Below, in pieces: positions 17,200-27,862 of a DNA stretch of 64,000 nucleotides. How positions within the stretch are numbered: position 1 is the first letter of the stretch; every line of letters starts with the position of its first letter. The stretch spans positions 31,775 through 95,774 of the forward strand of contig JAYTSD010000050.1 of the NCBI GenBank assembly GCA_043745805.1, written 5' to 3'. The notes beneath the pieces are model-generated. The model made no database searches. It was given only the letters and a program-made list of their open reading frames with translations, and was not told the origin of the DNA. Made by a program: the position numbers and the translations under genes. Origin of the DNA: Fibrobacteria bacterium. Its GTDB lineage: Bacteria; Fibrobacterota; Fibrobacteria; UBA11236.

Positions 17200-19857
17200 A
17201 TGAAAAGAGAGAATGGTTTCCGTTTTATAATTTTGCTAGTCGTCATCGGCTTAGCAATCTACAGCTTAGTGCCTTCTGTCATGGTATTCATGAAGAGCAA
17301 TGATGCTAATTTGCCCCTCGAACAACGCGCTCGTGAAATTTACAAGCGTGAAAATCCGAAGACAGCTGCTAAAGCCATCAACTTGGGTCTGGATTTAGCG
17401 GGTGGTACGCATATCATTGTGGAAATCAATAAAGACAAGCTTGGTAAGAATGAACAAGCGGATGTTACTGATCGCTGTTTGGAAATTATTCGTAATCGCG
17501 TTGATCAATTTGGTTTATCCGAACCCCTTATTAGCAAATCCGGTGAAAACCGTATTGTAGCTGACTTAGCGGGCATGGGTGCGGAAGATGCGAAACAACT
17601 TATTGGCGCAACCGCTTTATTAGAATTCAAATTAGTTTCGGATCCAGGTGATTTTCGTCCAATACTCGATAAAATCGATGGATTTTTAAGTCATCGCAAG
17701 GGTGATGGAACGATGTCCACTCCTGCAAATGATTCCGCTAAAGCCCTACAAGATGTTTTTGGCAATGTAATTGCCGATTCCACTAAAGCCATTGCGGATT
17801 CTAGTAAAAAACCAACTTCCGTTGCTACTGCGGACTCTACGCATAAAGATTCTGCCAAAGACACTGCCGCCTCAGCAGCCAATCAAGACTTTGTAAAAAA
17901 TCGTCCTTTCGCTGCACTATTAGTAGGCATGGGCCGTGATGTGGGTGTAAAAGTGGAAAATGTTGATAAGGTGAAGAAGCTTTTGGCTGATGTCGATGTG
18001 CAAAAATTAATACCTCCTAAATTTCAATTCTTGTGGTCAAGAGAAGTTGAAACTCAAGGGGTTGCAAAAGTACGTCGTCTTTATTTACTGAAACACCGTG
18101 CCGAAATGACGGGTAATTATATTGCCGATGCCACTTTTAATCGTGTACAAGGTGGATTTAATTCCGGTGAAATGGAAGTCGCTTTAAGTTTCAAGGGATT
18201 AGGTCCTAAAGAATTTGCCCGTATCACCGGCGCTAACATAGGTAAACAATTGGCTATCGTACTTGACTCAGTAGTTTATTCAGCACCAGTTATTCAAGGC
18301 CGTATAGCGAATGGTCGCGCCTCTATTACTGGCGTAAATGGCGTGAATGAGGCAAAACAATTATCGGTCACCTTGCGTGCGGGTTCTTTGCCTGCACCTA
18401 TGCAAATTGTGGAATTACGTTCAGTGGGACCAACTTTAGGTGAACAGAATATTAATAAAGGCTTATATGCTGCTTTCATTGCTTTATTCTTGGTCGCTGG
18501 CTTTATGTTCCTTTACTATCGCGGCGCAGGTTTAATCGCAGATTTAGCCTTGGTGCTTAATTTATTTATCACCTTTGCGGTACTCGGTGCCTTCCATGCT
18601 ACTTTAACCTTGCCAGGTATTGCTGGTATTGTATTGACTATGGGTATTGCAGTTGACGCTAACGTCCTAATATTCGAACGTATTCGTGAAGAATTACGCG
18701 CGGGCCGCAGTGTACGCGCGGCTATTGATGCCGGTTATCAAAAGGCCTTCAGTGCCATTTTCGATTCTAACTTAACCACTTTCGGAACCGCTTTAATTCT
18801 CTGGTATATTGGAACTGGCCCTATTAAAGGCTTTGGTTTAACCCTGATGATTGGTATTGTCGCTTCCATGTATACGGCTATTGGGGTTACGCATTTGGTT
18901 TTCGATTGGATGCTTTCTCGTCGTGACATTAAAGAATTGTCAATTGGTAAAGGTATTGCTTGGTTCCATAAGGTTGATTTAAAAGTTATTCCTCGTTCCA
19001 AACAATATGTAGGCGTATCGATTGCCATTTTATTAATCGCTCTCGGAGCCATTGTGGTACGTGGGTTGAACTTCGGTATTGATTTTACGGGCGGAAATGT
19101 TTATCAAGTGAAATTTGATGCGCAACCTAATCCCGATGCAATTCGTTCTTCAATTGAGCAAGCTGGTTTTACCGAACCTAAAGTGCAAACCGTGGGAGCC
19201 ATCAATGATAATGAATTATTGATCTCTATCACCAAAGCCAAGAGTGATTCTGCTACTAAGCTAGCAGTTCAAAATGCCGTGGGCTCAGGAAAAATTGTAG
19301 GCGAAGAAAGTGTTGGACCTACAGTGGGTAAAGATTTACGCTGGTCAGCTATCAAAGCTATTTTGCTTTCATGGCTCCTAATAATTTTTTATATCTGGTT
19401 CCGTTTTGGACGCAATGGATTGGGCTTTGGTATCGGTGGTGTTTTGGGTATTGCTCATGACAGTCTTATCACCTTGGGTCTTTTCGCTATGTTCGGAAGA
19501 GAAATTTCTTTGGATTTTGTGGCCGCGATTTTGACCATTATCGGTTATTCCTTAAACGATTCGATTATTATTTTCGACCGTATTCGTGAATTGACGGGTG
19601 TTGCCAGTTCCAAAGAAAGTTTTGCTTCGCGCGTAAACAGTGCGAATAATCAATGTTTAAGCCGCAGTATTATTACGCATTTAACTGTGTTATTTACCGT
19701 GCTTATTTTAGCTATATTCGGTGGATCCTCTATCCGTGATTTTAATATTGCCATGACTATTGGTGTGGTAGTAGGAACTTATTCTACTATCGCTGTAGCT
19801 TGTCCATTCGTAGTTTGGTGGGATAGACGCCAAACCGCAGCACCAAAAAAAGCCTAA
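17200..19857 (+). CDS. secDF: Fused protein translocase subunit SecDF
   Basis: LGLDLAGG, TLTLPGIAG, AVDANVLIFERIREE, FGIDFTGG and GYSLNDSIIIFDRIRE motifs. Confidence 0.96.
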   Translation: MKRENGFRFIILLVVIGLAIYSLVPSVMVFMKSNDANLPLEQRAREIYKRENPKTAAKAINLGLDLAGGTHIIVEINKDKLGKNEQADVTDRCLEIIRNRVDQFGLSEPLISKSGENRIVADLAGMGAEDAKQLIGATALLEFKLVSDPGDFRPILDKIDGFLSHRKGDGTMSTPANDSAKALQDVFGNVIADSTKAIADSSKKPTSVATADSTHKDSAKDTAASAANQDFVKNRPFAALLVGMGRDVGVKVENVDKVKKLLADVDVQKLIPPKFQFLWSREVETQGVAKVRRLYLLKHRAEMTGNYIADATFNRVQGGFNSGEMEVALSFKGLGPKEFARITGANIGKQLAIVLDSVVYSAPVIQGRIANGRASITGVNGVNEAKQLSVTLRAGSLPAPMQIVELRSVGPTLGEQNINKGLYAAFIALFLVAGFMFLYYRGAGLIADLALVLNLFITFAVLGAFHATLTLPGIAGIVLTMGIAVDANVLIFERIREELRAGRSVRAAIDAGYQKAFSAIFDSNLTTFGTALILWYIGTGPIKGFGLTLMIGIVASMYTAIGVTHLVFDWMLSRRDIKELSIGKGIAWFHKVDLKVIPRSKQYVGVSIAILLIALGAIVVRGLNFGIDFTGGNVYQVKFDAQPNPDAIRSSIEQAGFTEPKVQTVGAINDNELLISITKAKSDSATKLAVQNAVGSGKIVGEESVGPTVGKDLRWSAIKAILLSWLLIIFYIWFRFGRNGLGFGIGGVLGIAHDSLITLGLFAMFGREISLDFVAAILTIIGYSLNDSIIIFDRIRELTGVASSKESFASRVNSANNQCLSRSIITHLTVLFTVLILAIFGGSSIRDFNIAMTIGVVVGTYSTIAVACPFVVWWDRRQTAAPKKA

Positions 19858-19883
19858 GCTTTTAAAAGGCTTTAAGCAGCATT

Positions 19884-19925
19884 AAATAAAAAAAAGGAAG
19901 AGCTAACTCTTCCTTTTTTTTATTT
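19884..19925. terminator. Bidirectional intrinsic terminator
   Basis: AAATAAAAAAAAGGAAGAG-CTAA-CTCTTCCTTTTTTTTATTT between convergent genes. Confidence 0.85.
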
Positions 19926-19985
19926 CCGTTTTTTACGAGTCTTGATTTTTAATACTGTAATATATTTCGCTCTCTGTTGAACAGT

Positions 19986-20489
19986 TTAAATTTCGGAACG
20001 ACCGAGTAAATTAAAAAACTGCAAAGCCATTTTGGTAATTAAAGGATCCCATTCGCTGGTAAACTTATTATGCCGGATAGTATCTAACCCTTCGCGCGCA
20101 TAAAGTTCACTACTGTCAAAGTTACCCAAGAGAATATGGATTTCAGCAATAATTTTATCGAGTTCTAACCAAGTTAAAACATAAGAAGAACGATTTTTTT
20201 CATCGGCCATAGTCTTGGCAATATGACGAGCTTGGCAATAATAAAATAAAGCATTTGCCGCATCCTTTTGGCTTTGTGCTAAATGAATAGTGTCTTCCAA
20301 AATTTCATGGGTGGGATCCCAGCCTTCGGCATAAAGATACGCTCCCGGATCAATACTTTTTCCAGGGAGGGTTTGCTCGGAAACAGGAGTAAAATCGGGC
20401 TTAGTGGACGCCTCTTCATTTTTGGGAAAAAGCGCCGAGGTCTCTTCGACGAGACTTAACCAAGTGGAACGTGGACTAAAGTAGGACAT
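19986..20489 (-). CDS. Hypothetical protein (helical, TPR-like C-half)
   Basis: 167-aa ORF with GGAGG RBS; family not recognised. Confidence 0.55.
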   Translation of the reverse strand: MSYFSPRSTWLSLVEETSALFPKNEEASTKPDFTPVSEQTLPGKSIDPGAYLYAEGWDPTHEILEDTIHLAQSQKDAANALFYYCQARHIAKTMADEKNRSSYVLTWLELDKIIAEIHILLGNFDSSELYAREGLDTIRHNKFTSEWDPLITKMALQFFNLLGRSEI

Positions 20490-20749
20490 TATATTGTACC
20501 TCCATACTTAAGAGCATACAATATATTGTGATCGTGAGTCCATCTTTCCCTGTAAAATTTAAGCCTGCTTGGCGGTTTCTATTTGCTTTGAGATCAACCA
20601 CTTAAAGCTTTAAGGGGATATTTGGAAATTTATGTTCTAAGGGTTTTTAAGGATAAATTTTAGTCTTTGTTGAAGTGATTTATCCCTAGTAAAGAGAAAA
20701 ATACTGCCATAGATTTATGCGACCATTTATTGCCAAAAATTGGGGGTAT

Positions 20750-20777
20750 AAAAAAAGGCCTGCAATGAGCAGGCCTT
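20750..20777 (-). terminator. Intrinsic terminator of the rlmN-methyltransferase unit
   Basis: Minus strand AAGGCCTGC-TCATT-GCAGGCCTT followed by a T run. Confidence 0.8.
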
Positions 20778-20806
20778 AGTCACTTCCAAGAGTCGTAACC
20801 TATTAG

Positions 20807-21415
20807 TTACGCAGGTTTTTTCAAAATCCAAATCTGCTCTTTGCCGATACGGTCTTTGGTACTTTTCTTAGGAATGATTTTTTCCGCAACTTCAAAAACG
20901 CCATCAAGACGAGCCATCAGCTCCCCTTCGGAAGTAGGATGCGGCGGCCCTTCCAAGGAGGTAGATTTAATGAGTGGGTAAAATAGGGCGACAACAATAC
21001 CGTTCGGTTGCAGCATTTTATCCCATACTTCGAAATATTCATCACGACGACCAGGATGCACCGCATTAAAGCAGCCATATTCAAATATGATATCAAAAGG
21101 CTGCGTGCTTTTTGGCGTTAACTCGAATAAATCAATATTAAGCACCGAAAGTTTTGGGTGCTTTTCGGCTAAGCCAGTTAAAATGGAATAGGCTGTTTGT
21201 GAAAAGTCTACCGCTAAAGTTTCATGCCCGCGATTGGCCCATGCAATAGCATCGTGACCACGACCTGCTCCAGGAACCAATACACGACCGGTTTTGGGAC
21301 AAGAGGGATGTTTGAAGAACTCCAAGAGAGGTGGACTAACCTCTCCCAAATCCCAAACATCTTTACTGTTTTGATAAAGTTTTTCCCAATATTCTGGTAA
21401 GTTTTGTGTAAGCAT
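20807..21415 (-). CDS. Thiopurine S-methyltransferase-like SAM-dependent methyltransferase
   Basis: YWEKLY, WDLGEVSPPL, RVLVPGAGRGHD, FDIIFE and GPPH motifs; TGATG coupling to the rlmN stop. Confidence 0.85.
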   Translation of the reverse strand: MLTQNLPEYWEKLYQNSKDVWDLGEVSPPLLEFFKHPSCPKTGRVLVPGAGRGHDAIAWANRGHETLAVDFSQTAYSILTGLAEKHPKLSVLNIDLFELTPKSTQPFDIIFEYGCFNAVHPGRRDEYFEVWDKMLQPNGIVVALFYPLIKSTSLEGPPHPTSEGELMARLDGVFEVAEKIIPKKSTKDRIGKEQIWILKKPA

Positions 21416-22458
21416 CAAGCTACCTTCTTCTGTTCTTTGGCAAGTTGTCCGCAAGCTGCGAAAATATCGGATCCACGAGGTTTGCGGCGCAAAACCTCGA
21501 AATCACCTTGGGCCAGAATTTTTTCAAATTCTGCGATTTCTTTTTCTGATGGGGGCTGCAATTCGGGATCCTCACCTTTATTGAGGGGGATTAAATTGAT
21601 TTTACAGTTGCGTTGCGAGGCTATTTGTTTTAGTTCTCGTGCAGCCTCTGGAGTGCAGGTTTTCCCTTTAATAAGAATGTATTCGAAAGTGAGTTTTTGT
21701 CCGGTTTCGCGAATATAGGAGTCCGCGATTTCTAGTAATGTTTCTAATGGATAACGACGATTTACCGGCATTAAAGAAGAGCGCAAAGCATTGTTACTAC
21801 CGTTTAAACTAATAGCTAATTTAAAACTGGGTGCGCGTTTGCCCCATTCTGTAATTTTGGGCGCTACACCGGAAGTGGAAACGGTGATTTTATGTTTACT
21901 GATATTAAAACCATCGGGGCTATTTAAGGTTTCACAAGCCAATGCCACATTTTCCAAATTGAGTAAAGGCTCACCCATGCCCATAAAAATCACATTACTA
22001 ATACGTCCCGAAATTTCGGTTACATAACGATTCGCAAAATGAACTTGTTCGAGTATTTCGCCTAAAGTTAAATTACGAATAAACCCCATCGTGGCGGTGC
22101 GACAAAAGGTGCAGCCCATGGCGCACCCGATTTGTGAAGAAACACAAAGAGAATTTCGGCCTTCGCTGGGAATGAAAACCGATTCGAAGAAATGGCCGTC
22201 CCAAGTTTCAAAGGCCCATTTTATAGTGCCGTCAATGGATTTTTGCTCTGCATTGACCTTAAGTGTGGAGCAAGTGGTGACTTCTTCCAGTTTTTGTAAA
22301 AAATCTTTAGGTAAATTGGTCATGCGATCAAATCGGTTTTCCAAATTTTGAAAAATCCAATTGCGTAATTGCTTGGCACGGAAAACGGGTTGCCCTAAGG
22401 TTTCCACTAAGCTTTGCAATTCCCGCCATTCAAGGGATAAAAGGTGGGTTTTCTGCAT
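21415..22458 (-). CDS. rlmN: 23S rRNA/tRNA m2A methyltransferase RlmN
   Basis: CVSSQIGCAMGCTFC, FMGMGEP, STSG, FEYILI and IFAACGQL motifs; start re-called at MQKTHLL. Confidence 0.95.
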   Translation of the reverse strand: MQKTHLLSLEWRELQSLVETLGQPVFRAKQLRNWIFQNLENRFDRMTNLPKDFLQKLEEVTTCSTLKVNAEQKSIDGTIKWAFETWDGHFFESVFIPSEGRNSLCVSSQIGCAMGCTFCRTATMGFIRNLTLGEILEQVHFANRYVTEISGRISNVIFMGMGEPLLNLENVALACETLNSPDGFNISKHKITVSTSGVAPKITEWGKRAPSFKLAISLNGSNNALRSSLMPVNRRYPLETLLEIADSYIRETGQKLTFEYILIKGKTCTPEAARELKQIASQRNCKINLIPLNKGEDPELQPPSEKEIAEFEKILAQGDFEVLRRKPRGSDIFAACGQLAKEQKKVA

Positions 22459-22558
22459 AATCGAATGCGCAAATATAGCAAAAAATAGCGAAGTTATACT
22501 CAAACTCTGTAAATGCCTATTTCGAAAGCCTTTATTTACCTTTAATCCTAGAGTATTT

Positions 22559-23086
22559 ATGGATGATTCAGTAAAAAATGTAGGCCCTGATGCAGAAGCC
22601 GCGGTTGCGGTCATTTTATTTGTGAGTGAAGACCCGCAAATATTATTGTTACGTCGCGCGCAAAACCCTGCCGATCCTTGGTCGGGACATTGGGCGCTTC
22701 CTGGAGGCCGCAAAGAAAAGGACGATGGGGATTTATTAGCGACTTGTATACGGGAAGCAAAAGAAGAATGTGGTTGTGTTTTATCGGAACGATCTTTATT
22801 ACAAACTTTGCCTATGGCCGAAGCGGGAGGTCGCAAATATTTGATGCGTGTGCAGCCCTTTGTTTTTTCGGTATTAGAAAAGCCCGCATTGGAATTGGAC
22901 GAAGAAGAAATAGCCGGTTTTCATTGGTTATCGCATTCGGTTTGGCGAGACAAAAGCAATCATGTTCAGCGTGTACTTAGCCCTTATTTTGAGAATAAAG
23001 AATTTCCTTGTTTACCTTTGGATGAAGCGATTCCTCTTTGGGGGTTTACTTATGAATTAATTAAAAAAGTATGGAAAAGTGATTGA
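22559..23086 (+). CDS. NUDIX hydrolase, CoA pyrophosphatase-like
   Basis: PWSGHWALPGG, Nudix box GGRKE...REAKEECG, WGFT; start re-called at MDDSVK. Confidence 0.85.
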   Translation: MDDSVKNVGPDAEAAVAVILFVSEDPQILLLRRAQNPADPWSGHWALPGGRKEKDDGDLLATCIREAKEECGCVLSERSLLQTLPMAEAGGRKYLMRVQPFVFSVLEKPALELDEEEIAGFHWLSHSVWRDKSNHVQRVLSPYFENKEFPCLPLDEAIPLWGFTYELIKKVWKSD

Positions 23087-23736
23087 TGCAAAAAATTTTA
23101 TTGTTGGATTATGATCACACCTTTTACGCTTCAACGCATCCCACCTTATGGGAGCTAGATAAACGTATTAATTTATACATACACACCTTTTTAAATTTTT
23201 CCTTGGAAGACGCTACAAAATTACGCTCGGATTTATGCCGACAATACGGAACCACTTTACAAGGGTTACAAGAGTGTTACGGTACAGAAAAGCATCATTA
23301 CTGTGATTTTATTCACCAAGTGGAAGATGAATTTCTCCCGCCTCCCAATCCCTTATTAGACAAATGGTTAAATGCGTTGGACGTCCCTTGTTATTTGTTC
23401 ACTAATGCGAGACGGGATTGGGTGGATAGAGGGTTTGCATCTATGCAGGTAAAGCCTTTTGCACAGGGGATTTTGGATATTGATTTCATGGACTGGGAAG
23501 GTAAGCCTCACGTTACGGCATATCATAAAGTAGAAACATATTTAAAAAGTATTTATGGCGAAGATTTGCAATTTGTTTTTGCCGATGATAAAGTGGAAAA
23601 TTTGTTAACTGCACAGGCACGTCATTGGATCACCATTTGGATTAAAGGGCATCATGAAGACGCGGTTCAGGAAAATTATGGATTTAACCAAACACTATCG
23701 CATTTAACTGAATTAAATATCGCTGATCTTCCGTGA
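23083..23736 (+). CDS. HAD-family hydrolase (pyrimidine 5'-nucleotidase-like)
   Basis: LLDYDHTFY, YGTTLQGL, FTNA, KPH and FADDKVENL motifs. Confidence 0.85.
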   Translation: MMQKILLLDYDHTFYASTHPTLWELDKRINLYIHTFLNFSLEDATKLRSDLCRQYGTTLQGLQECYGTEKHHYCDFIHQVEDEFLPPPNPLLDKWLNALDVPCYLFTNARRDWVDRGFASMQVKPFAQGILDIDFMDWEGKPHVTAYHKVETYLKSIYGEDLQFVFADDKVENLLTAQARHWITIWIKGHHEDAVQENYGFNQTLSHLTELNIADLP

Positions 23737-24848
23737 AAATTTTTGTTTGTGCGGGTGAAGCATCGGGAGATGTGATTTTAGCAAAGGTTTTGGCGTGCCT
23801 AAAAAATATTGAACCCCCCATAGAAATAATAGGATTGGGCGGCGAGGCTTGTATTAAGCAGGGCTTACATTCTTTTTTTCCCATGCAAAAATTGGCTATT
23901 AATGGAGTGTGGGATGTACTGAAAAACGGATTGTTTTGTTTACAAGTATTTTTTAAAGTAAGAAAAGAGCTCAAAGACTTTGCCCCAGAGGCTTTGATTT
24001 TGGTGGATTATCCGGGTTTAAATTTACGTCTTTTACGCTATGCTAAAAAAAACAATATTCCTTGTTATTATATTGCGCCGCCTCAATGGTGGGCTTACAA
24101 GAATGGAGGATCAAAGCTTAAGCGTTACGGTAATTTTTTTTCAGAGGCTCATGTGCATGTTTTATACCCCTTTGAAAACGTGCTCTTTAAGCCTTTAGCT
24201 AAAACGGTTACGGTGGGAAATTTTTTGAATTATAGTGAACAAAAATCAGCCACTAAAAATGCACTGGGATTATTTCCAGGAAGTCGATTAGGAGTGTTAA
24301 AAAGAAATCTTCCGCTTTGGTTGACCTATATACAAGCACATCGCCAGCAATTTATGAATGAGAATATTTACATACTTGTTCCTGCCTTTTTACAAGGTAT
24401 CGCGCAAAAAATAACTGAATCCTTTACGAATATTAATGAACTTCATGATCCCCATTTTAGGGTAATTACCGATAAAAAAACTATGCTGAATCAAATCACA
24501 TATGCTTGGGTATTTCCAGGAACCATGAGTTTGGAGCTAGCTGTAACTGGCATACCTCACATAATTTTAGGGATTGTAGATTTCGTCACATTTTGGTGGG
24601 GGAAGAAAGCTTTGCGTTCATCCCTAGTGGGATTGGCCAATATGGTTTTACCAAAACCAGTCTTTCCAGAATATGTGGGTGACCTAAAAGCTTGGAAGTC
24701 ATGGCAATCTTTGGATTTTAAAACCATATGTCTGCGTCAAGCGGGTTTAAATCAAAGTACGACTTTAAAAATTATTTTAGGTAATAATGACGGGGATCAG
24801 CAGTTGGTAAAACATTTTTTTCACGACTTTAAAAACAAAGTTGGTTAA
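23733..24848 (+). CDS. lpxB: Lipid-A-disaccharide synthase (divergent)
   Basis: AGEASGD, VDYPGLN, YYIAPPQWWA, LYPFE, FPGSR and GTMSLE motifs. Confidence 0.85.
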   Translation: MKIFVCAGEASGDVILAKVLACLKNIEPPIEIIGLGGEACIKQGLHSFFPMQKLAINGVWDVLKNGLFCLQVFFKVRKELKDFAPEALILVDYPGLNLRLLRYAKKNNIPCYYIAPPQWWAYKNGGSKLKRYGNFFSEAHVHVLYPFENVLFKPLAKTVTVGNFLNYSEQKSATKNALGLFPGSRLGVLKRNLPLWLTYIQAHRQQFMNENIYILVPAFLQGIAQKITESFTNINELHDPHFRVITDKKTMLNQITYAWVFPGTMSLELAVTGIPHIILGIVDFVTFWWGKKALRSSLVGLANMVLPKPVFPEYVGDLKAWKSWQSLDFKTICLRQAGLNQSTTLKIILGNNDGDQQLVKHFFHDFKNKVG

Positions 24849-24903
24849 AAACTGGTAAAATTTTATGGTTTTTTATTGTAACCATCCTTTATAATTCAAA
24901 GGT

Positions 24904-26358
24904 ATGAGCGAAGAATCATCAAAACCTCTAGAAACATCCAAAGAAGATCCCAAAGAACGTTTTGAGAGACTCGTCGAAATGAGTGTTTCTTCTGAACGAG
25001 CGACGTTTATGATCAAGTCAGCTATTATTAAAGATGGCTTGGTGATTACGCGCAGCGACATCGAAACCAAACTCAAACAAATTAAGGTAACTCATGGGTT
25101 ACGATTAAATGTAATTGATGAAGTCTTATCCAAAAAACTTTATGATATTCCCCATGTGGTTGCGGTTCAATTGTTACCTGTTGAGGGTAATCATGCCAGC
25201 ATTGACGAAAAGATAAAAGTGGCGGGTGATGCAAAGCCTGTGGTAATGGAAGATGGCCATGCCGACTACAAAAACATTGACAATATTCATCAAGCCAAAA
25301 GTGGAACCGTATTAGCTGTTAAAACGCCTATGCTTGCGGGGACCGATGGCTATGATGTTTATGGCAAAACTATTGCGGCAAAACCTGTAAGTGACGCGCA
25401 ATTAATGGCAGGACTAAATACCGTCATCTCACCTGATGGCCTACAGCTGATAGCACAAAAGGGCGGATATCTTTATTATGATAAGGGCTTTGTGTGTATT
25501 GGTGAAACGTATGTGGTTAAAGGAGATGTTGGTTTTAAAACGGGAAATATACGTTACCATGGTTCCATACAAATACAAGGCAATGTAGCCGATGATTTTA
25601 TTGTGGAAGCCGATGGTGATGTGATTATAGAAGGCAATGTCGATGCGGCGAAAATTATTTCGCATGAAGGCAGCATTGAAATAAAGCAAGCTTTTTTTGG
25701 ACATGGTAAGGCTAAGTTAAAGGCAGCGAAAAATATTAAAGTTATTAGTGTACAAGATGCGCAAATGGAAGCTGGCGAAATTGTTGAAGTCGTTAAAAGT
25801 ATGTGTAACTGTACGGTTATTTGTGATGAATTTCAGGGCGCGCGAGCGGGGTGCATTGTTTTTGGCGGATCGATAAAAGCTTATAAAAACATTTTCCTTG
25901 CAGCAGTGGGTTGCGAAGGAAATCGCACCGATTTAAAAGTAGTGGATAAGGAAACGGAAGTTTTTCGCTTACGCTTAGTGGAGGTTAATATTGAGCATGG
26001 GAAATATGATCAAGTTTACGAACCCTTAGATAAAAAATTTCGTAGCATGGCAGCTATGGCCAAAAAATTTGGAGCCAATGTTCCTCCCAAGGCGCAAGTA
26101 GAGTTGAAAACTTTAGCAACCCAATGTGCGGCGGTTAAGAAAAAGCTCGAACAATTGGAACAAGAAAAAATAGAGTTAACCACAAAAGTAAAGTCAACCA
26201 AAGCTTTATCTGGTAAGGTTGCCGTTACGGAAAGAGTGATTTGGGGAACTCATTTGGAGCTTTATAATTTGAATAAAGAATTAGGGGCCGAGGATATTAA
26301 AAAGCAATTGACTTGGAGCCACGAAGGCATTGCAGCGCTGTCTTTACCTGGCGCTTAA
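24904..26358 (+). CDS. DUF342 / FapA family protein
   Basis: DGHADYK, G.DVYGK, GDVGFKTGNI, beta-helix repeats and coiled-coil C-terminus. Confidence 0.8.
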   Translation: MSEESSKPLETSKEDPKERFERLVEMSVSSERATFMIKSAIIKDGLVITRSDIETKLKQIKVTHGLRLNVIDEVLSKKLYDIPHVVAVQLLPVEGNHASIDEKIKVAGDAKPVVMEDGHADYKNIDNIHQAKSGTVLAVKTPMLAGTDGYDVYGKTIAAKPVSDAQLMAGLNTVISPDGLQLIAQKGGYLYYDKGFVCIGETYVVKGDVGFKTGNIRYHGSIQIQGNVADDFIVEADGDVIIEGNVDAAKIISHEGSIEIKQAFFGHGKAKLKAAKNIKVISVQDAQMEAGEIVEVVKSMCNCTVICDEFQGARAGCIVFGGSIKAYKNIFLAAVGCEGNRTDLKVVDKETEVFRLRLVEVNIEHGKYDQVYEPLDKKFRSMAAMAKKFGANVPPKAQVELKTLATQCAAVKKKLEQLEQEKIELTTKVKSTKALSGKVAVTERVIWGTHLELYNLNKELGAEDIKKQLTWSHEGIAALSLPGA

Positions 26359-26418
26359 AACTTTTATTATAAACGCCTAGGTACCCTTAGGTTTCGCGAT
26401 ATCCACAGCATACCCTTT

Positions 26419-27717
26419 TTAAGGGGCGACACTCGCTAAAACTTTATCTACGCGGTGTCCATCCATATCCATTACCTCAAATAAAAATCCTTCTGAGGTA
26501 AATTTATCTCCGGCCTTAGGGATTTTTCCTAAACGAGTCATCACAAAGCCTCCTAAGGTTTGATAATGATTTTCATCTTCATCGGGGAGTTTTTGAATAT
26601 CCATTAGCTCTTTGAAATCATCGATGGATTGCATGCCATCTATTAACCAAGAACCATCGTCGCGCTGTATCGCTTCGGGATCCGTAGGTTGCCCATGTGA
26701 AGTAATTTCGCCTACTAAGTTTTCTAAAATATCACTTAAGGTCACTAGGCCTTGCAGGCCGCCATATTCATCAATGACTAAAGCAAATTGTACACCGGCT
26801 TGCTTAAAAGAATCTAAAGATTTTAATACCGGAATAGTTTCGGGAATGGACAGCGCTTTTTTAACATGGAGCTTTAAATTGAATTCTTTTCCCGCTATGC
26901 AATCCCCGAATAAATCTTTAACGTGCACGAAACCTAAAATTTCATCGAGACTATTACGGCCCACAGGATAACGGGAATAGGGATGAGTGGCTATTTTAGT
27001 TTGTATTTCAGTGAGGGGATCGTCCAAATCTAGCCAGATAATATCGGGACGTGGCGTCATAAGCGAGCGAATGCGCTTTTCATTTAGCCCAATAACATTC
27101 TCCACCATATCTTGTTGTGACTCTTCAAATACGCCAGCCTCAGTGCCTTGGGCAATCATCACATTAATTTCTTCACCCGTAACAGGCGGTTCTTGTGAAG
27201 GTTTGCTGCCCAAAATAGTCAGCATAACTTTAGTAGAGAAGCCCAAAAAGACCACGAAAGGGTGAATAATCTTTGCCCAAACTTTAATTAATGGCGCCAA
27301 GTTAATAGCAATTTTTTCCGCATTATTGAGGGCTATATTTTTGGGAACTAAGGCTCCTATGGTAACCTCTAAATAGGTAATACCCAACACAACCAAAAGC
27401 ATGGAAATCACATAGCTGTAGTGTTGCAACAAGGGGATGGCATCCACATAGACTTTGACATTTTCGGTTAAGGTCGCGCCTGCTAATGCGCCCGCTAAGG
27501 TTCCATTTACCGTCACAGCGATTTGAATGGCGGAAAGAAATCGAGCTGGAGAATTCGCTAACTCAAGGGCAACGAGGGCTTTTTTATTGCCTTCATTGCC
27601 CCATTGTTGCAACCTTGCTTTACGTGCAGAAACGAGTGCAATTTCTGCCATTGCGAAAACACCATTCGCCAACATAAGCAGAAAAATGAAAAATATTTGC
27701 CATCCAATTGTAGTCAT
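26419..27717 (-). CDS. Hemolysin family CNNM/CBS/CorC protein
   Basis: NGVFAMAEIALVSAR, LVPK, MTPR, SRYPV, VIDEYGG and TLGGF motifs. Confidence 0.92.
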   Translation of the reverse strand: MTTIGWQIFFIFLLMLANGVFAMAEIALVSARKARLQQWGNEGNKKALVALELANSPARFLSAIQIAVTVNGTLAGALAGATLTENVKVYVDAIPLLQHYSYVISMLLVVLGITYLEVTIGALVPKNIALNNAEKIAINLAPLIKVWAKIIHPFVVFLGFSTKVMLTILGSKPSQEPPVTGEEINVMIAQGTEAGVFEESQQDMVENVIGLNEKRIRSLMTPRPDIIWLDLDDPLTEIQTKIATHPYSRYPVGRNSLDEILGFVHVKDLFGDCIAGKEFNLKLHVKKALSIPETIPVLKSLDSFKQAGVQFALVIDEYGGLQGLVTLSDILENLVGEITSHGQPTDPEAIQRDDGSWLIDGMQSIDDFKELMDIQKLPDEDENHYQTLGGFVMTRLGKIPKAGDKFTSEGFLFEVMDMDGHRVDKVLASVAP

Positions 27718-27862
27718 GGCCCTAAATAAGAAAAAACGCTAACAAGTTGCAAATGCTCAGGCCACTTTAACCGCATAAATACCGCTTTTTGCTATTATTA
27801 ACCCTCATTTTTAAGCTTGTAACAGCCGCTTCGCCTAAATTTGGGGGAGCGAGAGGATATTT

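Noticed and set aside
22361..22836. Long antisense overlap between rlmN and the NUDIX gene in the ORF track
   Set aside because: Artefact of over-extended starts. The re-called starts (22458 minus, 22559 plus) give ordinary divergent genes.
24904..26358. Flagellar gene cluster
   Set aside because: Only a lone DUF342/FapA-like gene; no flagellar genes in the window.
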